A stretch of DNA of 64,000 nt from Octopus sinensis (lineage: Eukaryota), in the NCBI RefSeq assembly GCF_006345805.1, contig NC_042998.1, positions 54,436,001 to 54,500,000 of the forward strand, read 5' to 3'. Below, in pieces: positions 13,071-24,716 of the stretch; positions within the stretch are counted from its first letter, which is position 1; each line of letters begins with the position of its first letter. Under the pieces are notes generated by a model. That model saw nothing but the letters and a program-made list of their open reading frames with translations. It did not search any database and was not told the DNA's origin. The position numbers and the translations under genes are program-made.

Positions 13071-13965
13071 AACAAGAGCACTCAGATAGTGCAAACTTCC
13101 ACCTAAGCAACACCAATGTCCGCTCAACGATTAGCTGGAGATGATTATTAAAATGCGAATATCAGAAATAAACTTGATTGCTCTCACAAACAAGAATATG
13201 AAACATGAACCCAAATGCTCTCAAAAATTAAGTAAAAAAAAATGGAAAAATAATCCGGAATATTTGTCCGGTACCGGATCAATCGCGATGGTAGTCATGG
13301 AATGTGAAGGTGGCTGTAGAAAATTTAGTAACAGTAATAAATAGTTTATCTTTATCTAATACGAGCCAAAGTCAACAAATTCACCATTCAAAGGCAGAGT
13401 AATAATAAAAAGTTTTACTCAGGAATTTTTAAATTTTTAAATTCCAGGTTTCCTTTAGTATTCCTGTTGTTTTAGATTGATGTATAGATGTATGTATATA
13501 TGTAAGTATACTGTAAAGTGTTAATATGCATGTATAATATATAATATATATATCTTATAAAATTATGTTAGTGTTATTCAATTTCTGAATGGTTTTGCTG
13601 CCACTTGCTTATATAGTTTGATTTCTTTATTCATCAGTTTCTACTAAGATAGAGATGCGAGTAAAATTAATAATAGAGAAATGAAAATAAAACTTTGGAA
13701 CCATCTCAAAGGGAGATAATTGAGAAAGACTCGAAAGACATATGATTGTAATGACGTAACGTAAATATAATAAATAATCTAAAATCCTTGTTTGGTACTG
13801 GATCAATCTCAAAATGTAATCCGTTCCTGCCAGTCACAAGACCAAACATCTCTGAAATTTCCATCCAAATCCATTGGGCAGTTCTTGAGATATCTTGTCC
13901 ACGGAGAAACAAACAAACAAACACGACTGAAAACAATATCTCCGCCTTCGCTAAGGTGGAGGTGG
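13071..13965 (+). mobile_element. Helentron-associated (HINE/DINE-1-like) non-autonomous element, interrupted
   Basis: AACAAGAG start, internal (AAAC)n and 3' hairpin ctccgccttcgctaaggtggag. A ~36-bp segment is duplicated around an internal ~490-bp stretch. Confidence 0.5.
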
Positions 13966-13994
13966 TGGTAATAATAATAATAATATTGATAATA

Positions 13995-14260
13995 ATGGAT
14001 GGAAAACAAAAGAAATATAATCCCTTAAAATTTGAAATTGCAACAATCTGGAGTATGGCAACTGTGGAGGTTTTGTATCTAATAATTGGAGCATTGGGAA
14101 CTGTAAGCAAAGATATAGACAAATAATTGAAGGAGAGTGGAATAGGGCTTCAACAGAAAGTTTGCCTCATGGACAGGAAAGAATGTCAGGAAGGTTTTGA
14201 ATACTTGAAAGCTACTGAAAGCTTGTGGTTACCTAAGATTATAGGTAGTGACCTTCATAA
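13995..14260 (+). mobile_element. Degenerate 3' fragment of an R4/NeSL-type RLE retrotransposon
   Basis: Translates KQKKYNPLKFEIATIWSMATVEVLYLIIGALGTVSKD, the typical RLE C-terminus; starts at an (AAT)n tract. Confidence 0.65.
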
Positions 14261-14333
14261 ACTGACAAAAGCCTGCTGTATATATGAAGATATATATATG
14301 TGTGTGTGTGTGTATATGTATATATATATATAC

Positions 14334-14380
<47 letters not shown>

Positions 14381-15149
14381 CACACATATATATATATATA
14401 TACATACACACACACAAATATATATATCTTCATATATGCAACAGTTTATGAAGTCCACTCACAGGGTTTTTGTTGGCACAGGGCTATAAAAGACACTTGC
14501 CCTAGGTGCCACATAGTGGGACTGAACCCAACACAATGTGCTTTCAAAGCGAACTTCTTACCATACAGCCATGCCAGTGCCTATTTCAAACCACAAGACA
14601 TTAATAAATAAACACATTATCTTTTATGAAGGAAAAAAAAAATCTCCCATAGACATTGCAGCAGCAACATTTTTCCATACAATGATTGGTTTTCGCTACT
14701 AGACACACATTGATAATTCCTATAATATGTTATAAATGTTGCCTGAGAGTCTTGTTTTCTGAAATAACACACTTGTTAGATTTGTTGTCTAATATTATAA
14801 CCATAAAACATTCTTGGAGAAAAACCATTATATACAACACCTGGATATCCGTTTCTTTTTATTTATTTATTTATTTATTTATCTTTTCACAACTTAAAGG
14901 GAAACATAATGTGATAGGTAATGTCTCGTGAAATTATACCTGTCTTGTAAACTTGAGAATTCAAAAGTTCTATGGAGTTTCGATGCATAATCTAATAATC
15001 AGCAATCACTACCAGAGTCACGGAAATTCTTTAACATTTCCACTTACTACTGTACAGTATCATTGCCACAAAGCAGATGCAGCATGCCCTGCAATCACAA
15101 GATTGTGCCTGGCTTGATCCAATAAGAATGGCATCATGTTTAACTCTTT

Positions 15150-15338
15150 AAGGAGTGGCTGCGTGGTAAATAGCTTGCTTACCAACCACATGGTTCCGGG
15201 TTCAGTCCCACTGTGTAGCACCTTGGGCAAGTGTCTTCTACTATAGCCTCAGGCCGACCAAAGCCTTGTGAGTGGATTTGGTAGACGGAAGCTCAAAGAA
15301 GCCCGTCGTATATATGTATGTATATGTATGTGTGTGTG

Positions 15339-15369
<31 letters not shown>

Positions 15370-15575
15370 ATGTGTGTGTGTTTGTCTCCCCCACCCCCAA
15401 CATCGTTTGACAACTGATGCTGGTGCGTTTGCGTCCCCGTAACTTAGCAGTTCGGCAAAAGAGACCGATAGAATAATTACTAGGCTTACAAAGAATAAGT
15501 CCTGGGGTCGATTTGCTCGACTAAAGGCGATGCTCCAGCATGGCCGCAGTCAAATGTCTGAAACAATTAAAAGAG
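15150..15575 (+). mobile_element. tRNA-derived SINE (CORE-like middle, central microsatellite, ccagcatggccgcag tail)
   Basis: A/B-box head (ggctgcgtggtaa ... ggttcagtcc) and caccttgggcaagtg middle. More than 10 copies, e.g. 7915-8290, 17440-17740(-), 27549-27990, 35290-35600(-), 47060-47215, 54020-54165, 61280-61480. Confidence 0.85.
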
Positions 15576-15967
15576 AAAAGGAGTAATATTTAAACAGGCC
15601 ATATCTGGCCAAAATATTCTACCTGCTTTATGTTCAGACTGGCCAGCTCTGGCCTTTCGCACCAACCCTATAACATCATTCAAAAAGTTAACAGTGACCT
15701 CATAAAAATCTCAAAACTACAAGATAATGCATGATTAATTCAGAACAATGTGAATAAATAAGCAATACATCTGACAAAGTAATCTGGAAACTAAAGGGTT
15801 GAGTATCTTTTACAACTACTCCAAGTCAACCCAAACCTTGTGCAACTGGATAACTAGAAACTGTGTGGAAGCCTGTAGGTTGGATTCTACCTGCAGTTCA
15901 AAGATGCAGCTAGGTCATGCATTGTATGAAACTAATTCTGCCTAAAAATTATATCAATGATACACAC

Positions 15968-16313
15968 ATTATTTACATTTGATGGATATTTGTCCTCATC
16001 TTGTTTGTTGTTAAAACAATGTTTCGGCTGATATGCCCATGGGCATATGGCGTGGTGGTTAAGAGCGCAGGCTACTAACCCCAAGATTCCGAGTTCGATT
16101 CCAAGCAGTGACCTAATCAATAATAATAACATTGAAGAATACCTTAGGAATGAGAACCTAGATTCAAAATTTCCCCAAGACACCTGAAGAAGGCTGGAGG
16201 GTATGTCAGCCGAAACATTGTGTTAACAACAAACAAGATGAGGACAAATATCCGTCGAATGTAAGTAATGTAAATAATGTACATAATTCCTCATCTCTCA
16301 AATATAGAACTGT
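15968..16313 (+). mobile_element. tRNA-headed, hammerhead-tailed non-autonomous retroelement with inverted 5' tail copy
   Basis: TSD aatgatacacac at 15956-15967 and 16314-16325; A/B boxes at ~16048-16082; 15966-16030 is the reverse complement of 16206-16280. Confidence 0.75.
16179..16224 (+). ncRNA. Hammerhead-like motif (likely decayed at helix III)
   Basis: GACAC-CUGAAGA-A-GGCUG..CAGCC-GAAA-CAU-U-GUGUU; helix I GACAC/GUGUU and a 5-bp helix II. Confidence 0.6.
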
Positions 16314-19300
16314 AATGATACACACGTTTGTAGAATGATAGCAGCTTACACATTAACTCAACTAGCTGGAAATTCAGTTCTTTGTCTCGCAAGTTACTTG
16401 GTGATCCTGCCAGTACTGATGCCATGTAAAAAGAATCCGGTCCACACTGTAAAGTGGTTGGTGTTTGGAAGGGCATCCAGCCGTAATAACCATGCCAAAA
16501 CTGATGTTGCTTGTGCTCATGTCACGTAAAAAGCACCCAGTTTACTCTGCTGGCTGAGTGGGTGGTTGGTGTTAAGAAGGACATCCAGTCGCAAAAACCC
16601 TGCCAGGGACAAGACTACTCTCGGTTACTATGTCTGTTTTGGCAGGGGTTTTATGGCCGAATGCTCTTCCTAACACTAGCCACTCTATAGAGTGGATTGA
16701 GTGCTTTCAACATGCCACCAGCACAAGCAGGGTCACTATGCAATTAGCAAGACAAGGAATTTTGAGAGGGGAGGGGGCATTTTGTGTCACATGATAAGTA
16801 CAAGAGAGAGCAGGAGAGAGATGGTGGTGAAGAGCAAGAGTATACTCATGATTAACAAGGATCAGAGCATAGATGGAATGGGAGAGTAAGGAAGAGAGAG
16901 AGAGATAAATGGTGACAATTGCCAGAGCATAATATATGTGGTAGGTATTGCCAAGAAGCACGAGTAGGAGTGGGGATTGCAGTGACTGGTGAAATCCTGG
17001 GTATAAAAATGAGGTGGGGGAAAGCAGCAAAACAGTGAGCAGGGCAGTGAGGTGAGGGAAGGAGAGTGGGAGATAATCACAGTGTATCAAGAGGAAATGT
17101 GAGGAAGTGAAATCCTAAATGAGAAACAGCAACAACACATGACAAATGAATGCCTTTATGGGGACCTGCCAAAAGTTATTGAAAAGATCAGTCAAAGACA
17201 GCTGCAAACTATCTGGTCACTGCATGCACCACCCTGAATAGGAAGCATCCAAATCAGTCCTTGTGGAACTCACTTCATGTTATCTAAGAGGAAAATGTCA
17301 TCACACATTGACAACTTGATTTCAGACACTGGCCTGGAATGTATCCAGGAACTTGAGGCAGTGATGATAAACAAAGAAGTGTGGTGGGTGGACTTTGTTG
17401 TTGTGACCCGAGTTGGAAGCCAGTCATGACAAAATAAAAAATACATTAAAGGCTTCCTTATTTTTTTTTTTAAGACTGGTACTTATTTTATCAGTCTCTT
17501 TTGCTAAACTTTTAAGTTACCAGGACATAAACACAGCAACCAAAGTCATCAAGCAGTGGTGGGAGACAAACACAAACATACAAAGGGCTTCTTTTAGTTT
17601 CTGCCTACCAAGTCCACTCACAAGGCTTTGGTTGACCTGAGGATATAGCAGAAGACACTTGCCCAAGGTGCCATGCAGTGGGACTGAACCTGGGACCATA
17701 TGGTTGGGAAGAAAGCTTCTTACCACACAGCCATGCCTGCACCTATCTTTTTTCATCTTTTCTTCAGATCTGTTTGTACAGCAACTAAAATTTCATTTGC
17801 ATGTATTCAAAAATGATTCTATTGTTTTCTTTTGAGGAGGCTAACATCTTTCTTGTCAGTATTGCTTGCTTCACCTCAAGAAGTCATACTGAATACACTA
17901 TAAACATAAGAAAATTATTTGGATAGAAATAAAATAATAGCTGGAAGCCAGACCTTTTGTCTGTGACATGTACTGGGACAGACAACCAACTAAAACATTT
18001 GGACAGTTATCCTAATAATTCCCTGTTTACAAAATAAATCAAAATTGGAAAATTTCTTCTATTAAAACTTGGAAATAATCCAAATTCTTTACAGCAATTA
18101 TAAGAAGCATTCATATGCATCAAAACATAATAATGATAAAAGCAGTGGTGGTAGTGGTGGTGGTGATGATAAAATTTGCTTTTATCCAGTTCAAGACAGC
18201 TAGAACCTTGAAGTGTAGCTGAATCAAAGAGTCATGGCTTGATGTTCAGTGAACAAAACTAACGGAATCACTAACATTATTGTCATGCAAAAAATAATAA
18301 TAATAATAATAATGATAATTTTCCCTGAAGCAATACCAGGCATGGTTCTCATGGTTTCTGATCTTAACTGATTGGAAGAGTTATCATGTACATGTTTTGT
18401 CTTAGTGTAAAAGACAGTATACAGCAAATATTCTGCTCAATACCAAAGATTTGCTTGTCGGTTACTTCACTTTCACCAATTGACCACGTCCCTTGGTGGC
18501 TGATGATATGTACATCTCTGATCACGAACAGGAATAGTGGGGGAGCATTATAGCTATGTGTTGAGAGGAATTCTTTGGGCTTTGAATAATTCAGCTCTGG
18601 AGATATGGGTGTTTCATTCAACATTCTCAAACAACAGCCTTTTCAGGGACCTTTTGAGTGAGATGGGCTACTTGGCATGAAACAATTTTTAACTGGGCCC
18701 CACCTGTAAGGCCACACTCTGTTTATCTTGATATCAGATCATGATGTCATGTACATGTGGTTGTGATGCACAAGCCTGGTGTATCCTTATCATTGGGCTT
18801 CATATATTTGTACCTCAGTGTCACTTTGATGGCATGCACAGCTCTCAGACTCAATAATAATAATAACGACGACAATGATGATGATAATGATATTTCTGTC
18901 TACCATAGGCACAAGGCCTGAAATTTTGAGGGAGTGGTTAAGTCCATTACACTGACCTCAGTGCTCAACTATTATTTTATCAAATCTGGAAGGATGAAAA
19001 ACAAAGTCACCCAAAGTGAACTCTGAAAGGATGAAAGGCAAAGTCGACCTTGGTGGAATTTGTATTCGGAGCATAGAGATAATCAAAATACTGCTAAGCA
19101 TTTTTCCTGGTATGCTAATGATTCTACCAATTCACTGACTTCATGTCCAACAAAAATATTGCCATTCTTCACTGGTGGGAATGCACCACACTTTTAGAAA
19201 CACTACTGTAGATAAACTAGGTTTGAATGTCATTTGCTACAAGGGTGCCTGGATAAGAGCTGACGAAGAACAACAACAGTACCCACAAAACTGAAAACAA

Positions 19301-19378
19301 CAACAAAAACAACAATAGCATCAATTCATTTATCCATGATTGCTGAACACTCATCAATGATTCTACAAATATTTTTAC

Positions 19379-19528
19379 CTCATTGTTATTGGCCTGTGCT
19401 GCAGTAGTGGGCCGCTGGTTGCCAATCTCATCTTCCCAGCTAATATCTTCAAGAGTTTCACCTTCATATGCATCATCATTCCTGGACACAGCTTCAAGTA
19501 TCTCTTCTTCAACACTAAACAAGATTGT
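19379..19528 (-). CDS. KATNIP: KATNIP coding exon (TILFSVEEEILEAVSRNDDAYEGETLEDISWEDEIGNQRPTTAAQANNNE)
   Basis: Acceptor tttcatatatgcAG, donor GTAAAA; 150 nt, phase 0/0. Joins FGD|TILF as in the homolog (FGDTILF...ILEAI...RPSTA). Confidence 0.92.
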
Positions 19529-19599
19529 CTGCATATATGAAAGAAACAGAGCTTATACATCCATATAAATGTGCATGCATATGTACATTTAATAATATA

Positions 19600-19810
19600 C
19601 AAGCATGCTTGGACATGTGCATGAGAATACATACATAAATCAAAACCTACAAATCTACACATGCACAAACTCCAAATACTGCACACATACACACATGCAT
19701 GCAAAAATACCTTGTTGATGTTGCTGAAATTCAAATGAAAGAATCTCAGATCTAGGTTAGAAACCAGCTCTTTCTCTATTGGCAAGAAATATTGAAATAA
19801 AACTGAATGA
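19600..19810 (+). mobile_element. 3'-UTR-only copy of the R4/Dong-type element at 47475-48302
   Basis: Shares gagaatacatacataaa...tctaggttagaaacc..tctttctctattggcaagaaat.ttgaaataaa.ctgaat with 48090-48302. Confidence 0.75.
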
Positions 19811-20399
19811 CATATATACATACACACACTTAGAAACACTAACACACACAACACATAAATATATACATATACGTGTATACGTTTATACACAATTTTCTTA
19901 CACAGTAACTCAGTGTAATAAAATTTTAATTTTTTTCTTCTTTGGTCAGTGTTATTTCTAATTTGCTTCTATCTAGAAATCAAAGAAAATGACTACCATT
20001 CCCTTCAAACTTTGCTTTTGCCACTTGGACATCAATGTTTTGAAACTGACCTATTATCCATTACATTTCAGACAGATTCACCACTGAATTGCTGAAGCAG
20101 AAATACTACTATAGCAAATATTTTGCTCAATGCCACAGATTTGTTTGTTTGCTGCTAGACTTTGACCACTTGTGCATGGCCTTTAGCAGTTGACAATATG
20201 TACATCTCTGATCATGAGCAGGATTAGTAGGGGAGCATCACAACCGTGTGTTCAGAGGGATTCTTTGAGAGTCTGAATAAATGTAGCAAAAGTAAAGTTT
20301 GAAGGAAATATTAGCCATTTTTCAAATTTTCTAGGAGTAAGCAAATAGAAAATAGCAGTTGCTATCCAAGGACAAATATCATACTACACATTGTAATCT

Positions 20400-20676
20400 T
20401 ATTTCTTTATTGCCCACAAGGAGCTAAACATAGAGGGGACAAACAAGGACAGACAAAGGGATTAAGTCGATTACATCGACTCCAGTGCGTAACTGGTACT
20501 TAATTTATCGACCCCGAAAAGATGAAAGGCAAAGTTGACCTCAGCGGAATTTGAACTCAGAACGTAACGGTGGACGAAATACCGCTAAGCATTTCGCCCG
20601 GCGTGCTAACGTTTCTGCCAGCTTGCCACCTTCTGTAGTGAGCTGACAGAAACGCTTCTGTTCCTGTAGCTCGCCG
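20400..20676 (-). mobile_element. tRNA-derived SINE (gagctggcagaaacgttagc family) with 16-bp TSD
   Basis: ctacacattgtaatct at 20384-20399 and 20677-20692. Other copies at ~18900-19140, 43770-43940, 50470-50895 (two) and 51565-52740 (several). Confidence 0.85.
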
Positions 20677-21152
20677 CTACACATTGTAATCTGTCGCACT
20701 CCTTTCAAACTTTCACTAAGTTATCCTTTCTAATACTCTATTCCTATTCTCTCTGGTATATTCACCATAGGTTATGCCTTTACCGTCACTCTCTTTTTCC
20801 AGCTGGGGAAGCTATGTTTCTCCTCTTCCAGCCGCCCACCATATTTTCACCTTTCTCAATACTATATTCCGACCACCACTGAGTAGAGGAGTTTCATTGT
20901 GTGAGTTACTTGGATCACCTTGTACACCCTGTAAAGTATGTGGTATAAGAAAGGGCATCCAGCTATAGAAACTATGCCAAAGCAGACAAAAGTAGCTCTG
21001 ACTCGAAGTTAAAGTTCAACATGACTTCACAATATCATGGGTCATCTGAGGAAGGCAATGACAGGCAAAACTTCACAGAGACGAGAACGCATGCATACAT
21101 TCATGTGCATACACACTGAATAAAATGCTCTCTTTTAAGAGTAGCTACTTAC

Positions 21153-21290
21153 ATCCCCAAAAGCCTCTGTCCCTCCTTCTACGCCGCCACATGCTCTAGC
21201 AATTTCACCGGAGAATATAAGTCGTCTGTCTAATAAAATATCAAGCTCGCGTGCACCACGGAAAGAATGAATGCGGGATTTGTTGTAATT
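21153..21290 (-). CDS. KATNIP: KATNIP coding exon (NYNKSRIHSFRGARELDILLDRRLIFSGEIARACGGVEGGTEAFGD); not in ORF track
   Basis: Acceptor ctctttttcAG, donor GTAAGT; 138 nt, phase 0/0. Continues W|NYNKSRIHSFRG as in vertebrate KIAA0556. Confidence 0.95.
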
Positions 21291-23071
21291 CTGAAAAAGA
21301 GAAAGTAAAAAATCCGTGACAAGCTTTCAGTTTTGGAACAATGGAAGTTGGAGGAGGAGCAAAACAACAGCAACAATGAAACAGAATAAATTAATATAAA
21401 ATAAAGTTGCTGTTTCTTCATCTCATACAGTCATTATTTAGTTATTATTTCTCATACTTTCATGGATTTGTTAAAGATACACATACACATTAGATTGTTA
21501 GAAAATATGGTGATGAAAGGATGTAAAATTCATTCAGTAGATAATAGATTCAGTAAGTCGAGCCTTCATTAAATATAAAACATTTAATTGGCTTCGTATA
21601 TAAACTGATTTCTGTTTTCATTTCAATAAATGAAGCAAACAGCTGATAAAGCTTTTATATTTTATACACATTCATACATTATGTATTTAGCTGTGATGCA
21701 TTTCTGACATCTTCATACAAATATAAACTGTAAAAACAACAACTACAATAACAGCAAAAAGTAAAAAAAAAAGCACAATTCCCATAATATAATTATTACA
21801 ACTCAGTCTCTTTCTTTGATTTGCAGCTGTTAAAATCTGATTATGGAAAATACATTCACGTTGTGAAGCATTTAAAGTTTTAAGGTGATGCAAATATAAC
21901 ATTTTCCTATACTGACTATTTGTGTATATATATATAGACACAAACACACACACATGTACAAATACACAGCCACATAGAATATTGATTTCTAACATTGCGA
22001 AAAAGATCATAGATTTGTAATGGAGGGGTATAGTTGATTTAATTTTGACATATTCTTCACAATGAAAATAAAAGAAACAGCATATATGTGTGTCTGTGTG
22101 AATATGGACGTGTGTATAGAAGACAAAATTTTCATGTTAAGGGAACTTATTTAATATTTTACTAGTCCAATAGATGTCCAATTTTGTGTATTTAATTATT
22201 TATTTATTCACAACTTTGGAAAGTACAGGAAGGGTATATGTCACTGACAAGGTCAGAATAGTAGTGAAACATATCAGAAGTTGTCTCCCATGAAATTAAT
22301 ATCCAAAAAAAGTCTTTTTTGGCACTACATAATTAATTCTAATTAGGTTATTTAATACTGAATGCATTAAATATATTGATGCTAACTTAATTTTTTTTTT
22401 ATGTGGATGATGGCTTTGAATTATTTTTGTTGCAAAGAATTCATCTCTATTTCTGAAATTAGAGGATGGCTGTATTTTGCTGAGAAGGTCAGAATAAGTT
22501 CAGAGAATATATAAAGTCATTTCCTATATTTGCCACAGAACGTAAAATGTGGCAAAGCCTTAGTTTAAAGAACAAATGATTAAAATAATATATTGTATAG
22601 CATTAAAACAGATTTGGATTTTGAAGGATTTGAAGCAAATGACTTTCAGCACACACCTTTGTAAGTGTGTTTAGGAATGCCTTGAAATTGATGAAGGTGA
22701 ATTTAATTATTATGTTGTGATTAATGAAGTGATTGTGAATACAGTTTTACATAGTAAAGCAGGGAAAAAGAAACCAGTACTGTCTGACAACAGGAAATTT
22801 ATGGACATTACCATTCAATACAAAGGGAAATCTTCTGGCTCTGAGATTGTCCTTTACCCAGAACATTTTTGACAGTTCATGGCAATTATAATTAAGAAAC
22901 GATGTCAGAATGGCTAACAACTAAAGCTAGGTATTTCTTCAGTTCCTTAGCATTCAGATCACTCTGTCAAATGTAATGCTTTTTTATTCACATTGTTTTA
23001 AATAAATCATGCATTATTTCATAGTTGTGAGATTTTGATGAGTAGGTGTCTCATTTATTTCTTTTACCACA

Positions 23072-23128
23072 TGTATCACTGACGAAGAGAGGGCTCTTAG
23101 TAGCTAACTCTGAAATCGGTCCGATATG
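23072..23128 (+). ncRNA. Minimal type I hammerhead-ribozyme-like motif (copy 1)
   Basis: tgtatca-CUGACGA-AGAG..CUCU-GAAA-UCG-GUC-cgatatg: canonical core and GUC triplet; helix I has a mismatch next to the core. Confidence 0.65.
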
Positions 23129-23575
23129 GTAATAATGGAATTTTTCAAAAATTTCTGTCAGCCTTTTTTCGAGTAGCGTGCGTATTGTGAAAAAATTATA
23201 TGGTTAATGGACAATATGTCCAATTTTTCGGCATATTTGGCATTAGAATTTTTCCTTTGCCCTCATTTATGAATTGTTTATAAATTTAACCGTTAAAGGT
23301 GTTTTTTAATATGCTGGCCATTTATAAAATTTTTTTCAAGAAAATATTTTTTTTTTTCAAAAGGAATTTTATTCTCACATTTGATATAAATTTAAGCGTT
23401 CACTTCCGAACTAACTAACTCACTCTGTGAGAGCCTCAGTTCAAATCGCACGTGCCTCGAATGGGCTGGAGTATTTCTATTTTGGATGTATTTGGGGTAC
23501 TTAGTCGTGCCCATGACTTAGTATTTGCTTCTTCCATGGGTGTGAGTAGGTATCTCATTTATTTTTTTTACCACA

Positions 23576-23632
23576 TGTATCACTGACGAAGAGAGGGCTC
23601 TGAGTAGCTAACTCTGAAATCGGTCCGATATG
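23576..23632 (+). ncRNA. Minimal type I hammerhead-ribozyme-like motif (copy 2)
   Basis: Same motif 504 nt downstream; CTGACGA at 23583-23589, GTC at 23623-23625. Confidence 0.65.
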
Positions 23633-23801
23633 GTAATAATGGAATTTTTTAGAAATTTCTGTCAGCCTTTTTTCGAGTAGCGTGTGTATTGTGAAAAAAT
23701 TATATGGTTAATGGACAATATGTCCAATTTTTCGGCATATTTGGCATTAGAAATTTTTCCTTTGCCCTCATTTATGAATTATATATATATATATATATAT
23801 A

Positions 23802-24010
23802 ACATTATATAATTAGGGCTTAGTAAAATAAATTACTTTGCCACATACTGAACTTAGTAGAAATAGCAGCCAAAAAAAAATTTTTTAGCCGTTTCTACTA
23901 CTTAAAGAAAAGTAGTAGAAACGGCTAAAAAATTTTTTTTGGCTGCTATTTCTACTAAGTTCAGTATGTGGCAAAGTAATTTATTTTACTAAGCCCTAAT
24001 TATATAATGT
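23802..24010. repeat. Near-perfect inverted repeat (arms 102 and 101 nt, 6-nt loop)
   Basis: 23802-23903 is the reverse complement of 23910-24010 except for one base in an A/T run. Confidence 0.95.
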
Positions 24011-24094
24011 AATATTTTGAATTCGCCTTAAATGGTCCTTTTACATACTGAACACTTGGTGAAATTGATTAATTAATTTTACCCTCAATTGTTG

Positions 24095-24131
<37 letters not shown>

Positions 24132-24134
24132 CAA

Positions 24135-24432
24135 AGGGTAAAGATACCCTTCGGTCATGAATGACCATGGGATTGCACCTAGAAAGTTACCCTCTGAGGC
24201 ACAAGTCCACGCAAGGTTGTTTATAGAAGATCAACATCTTCCCATGCATACCAGCATCCCCTCTCCATGCCACTGATATTATTTAAGGGATGGGGAAAGG
24301 TTGATACAACTTGGCACCAGTGATATTGCAACTCACTTCTACAGATGAGTGAACTGGAGCAACATGAAATAAAGAGTCATGCTCAACAACACAACACACA
24401 GCCCAATCTGGGAATCGAACTCACTACGACAT
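24135..24432 (-). mobile_element. tRNA-derived SINE
   Basis: Minus-strand B box gagttcgattccc and a catgttgctccagttcactc middle shared with the 35935 family. Confidence 0.65.
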
Positions 24433-24716
24433 GATTCTGAGCCTAACGCTCTATGTGTGTGTGTGTCTAACCCAGACATACCACCACTGCTTGACAGCTT
24501 GTGCTGATTTGTTTACATCTCTATACCTTGGTGGATCAGTAAAAGAGATGGCTAAAATAAGCACTAGCCTTTAAAAACAAAACAAATAACACTGGGATTG
24601 ATAAAATTTTTCAAGGCAATGCCCCAGAATGGCCCACATTCTAATGACTGAAACAAATAGAAGATGAAAGACAAAATAGATTAAAAGTGTGTCTTGTTTG
24701 AGACAAATTAACTCAC

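Larger units (their letters stand above)
23039..23780 (+). mobile_element. Non-coding tandem element (504-nt period, ~1.5 units) carrying two hammerhead-like motifs
   Basis: 23039-23275 is repeated at 23543-23780 nearly identically; no ORF; ends at (AT)n. Confidence 0.8.

Noticed and set aside
14940-14991. AG/GT-bounded 52-nt open segment (IMHRNSIELLNSQVYKT) as a KATNIP exon
   Set aside because: Weak acceptor, no homology, and exon 19379 already joins exon 10058 in phase with continuous homology.
16040-16095. This and other A/B-box heads as tRNA genes
   Set aside because: No complete cloverleaf or acceptor stem; each continues into SINE body sequence.
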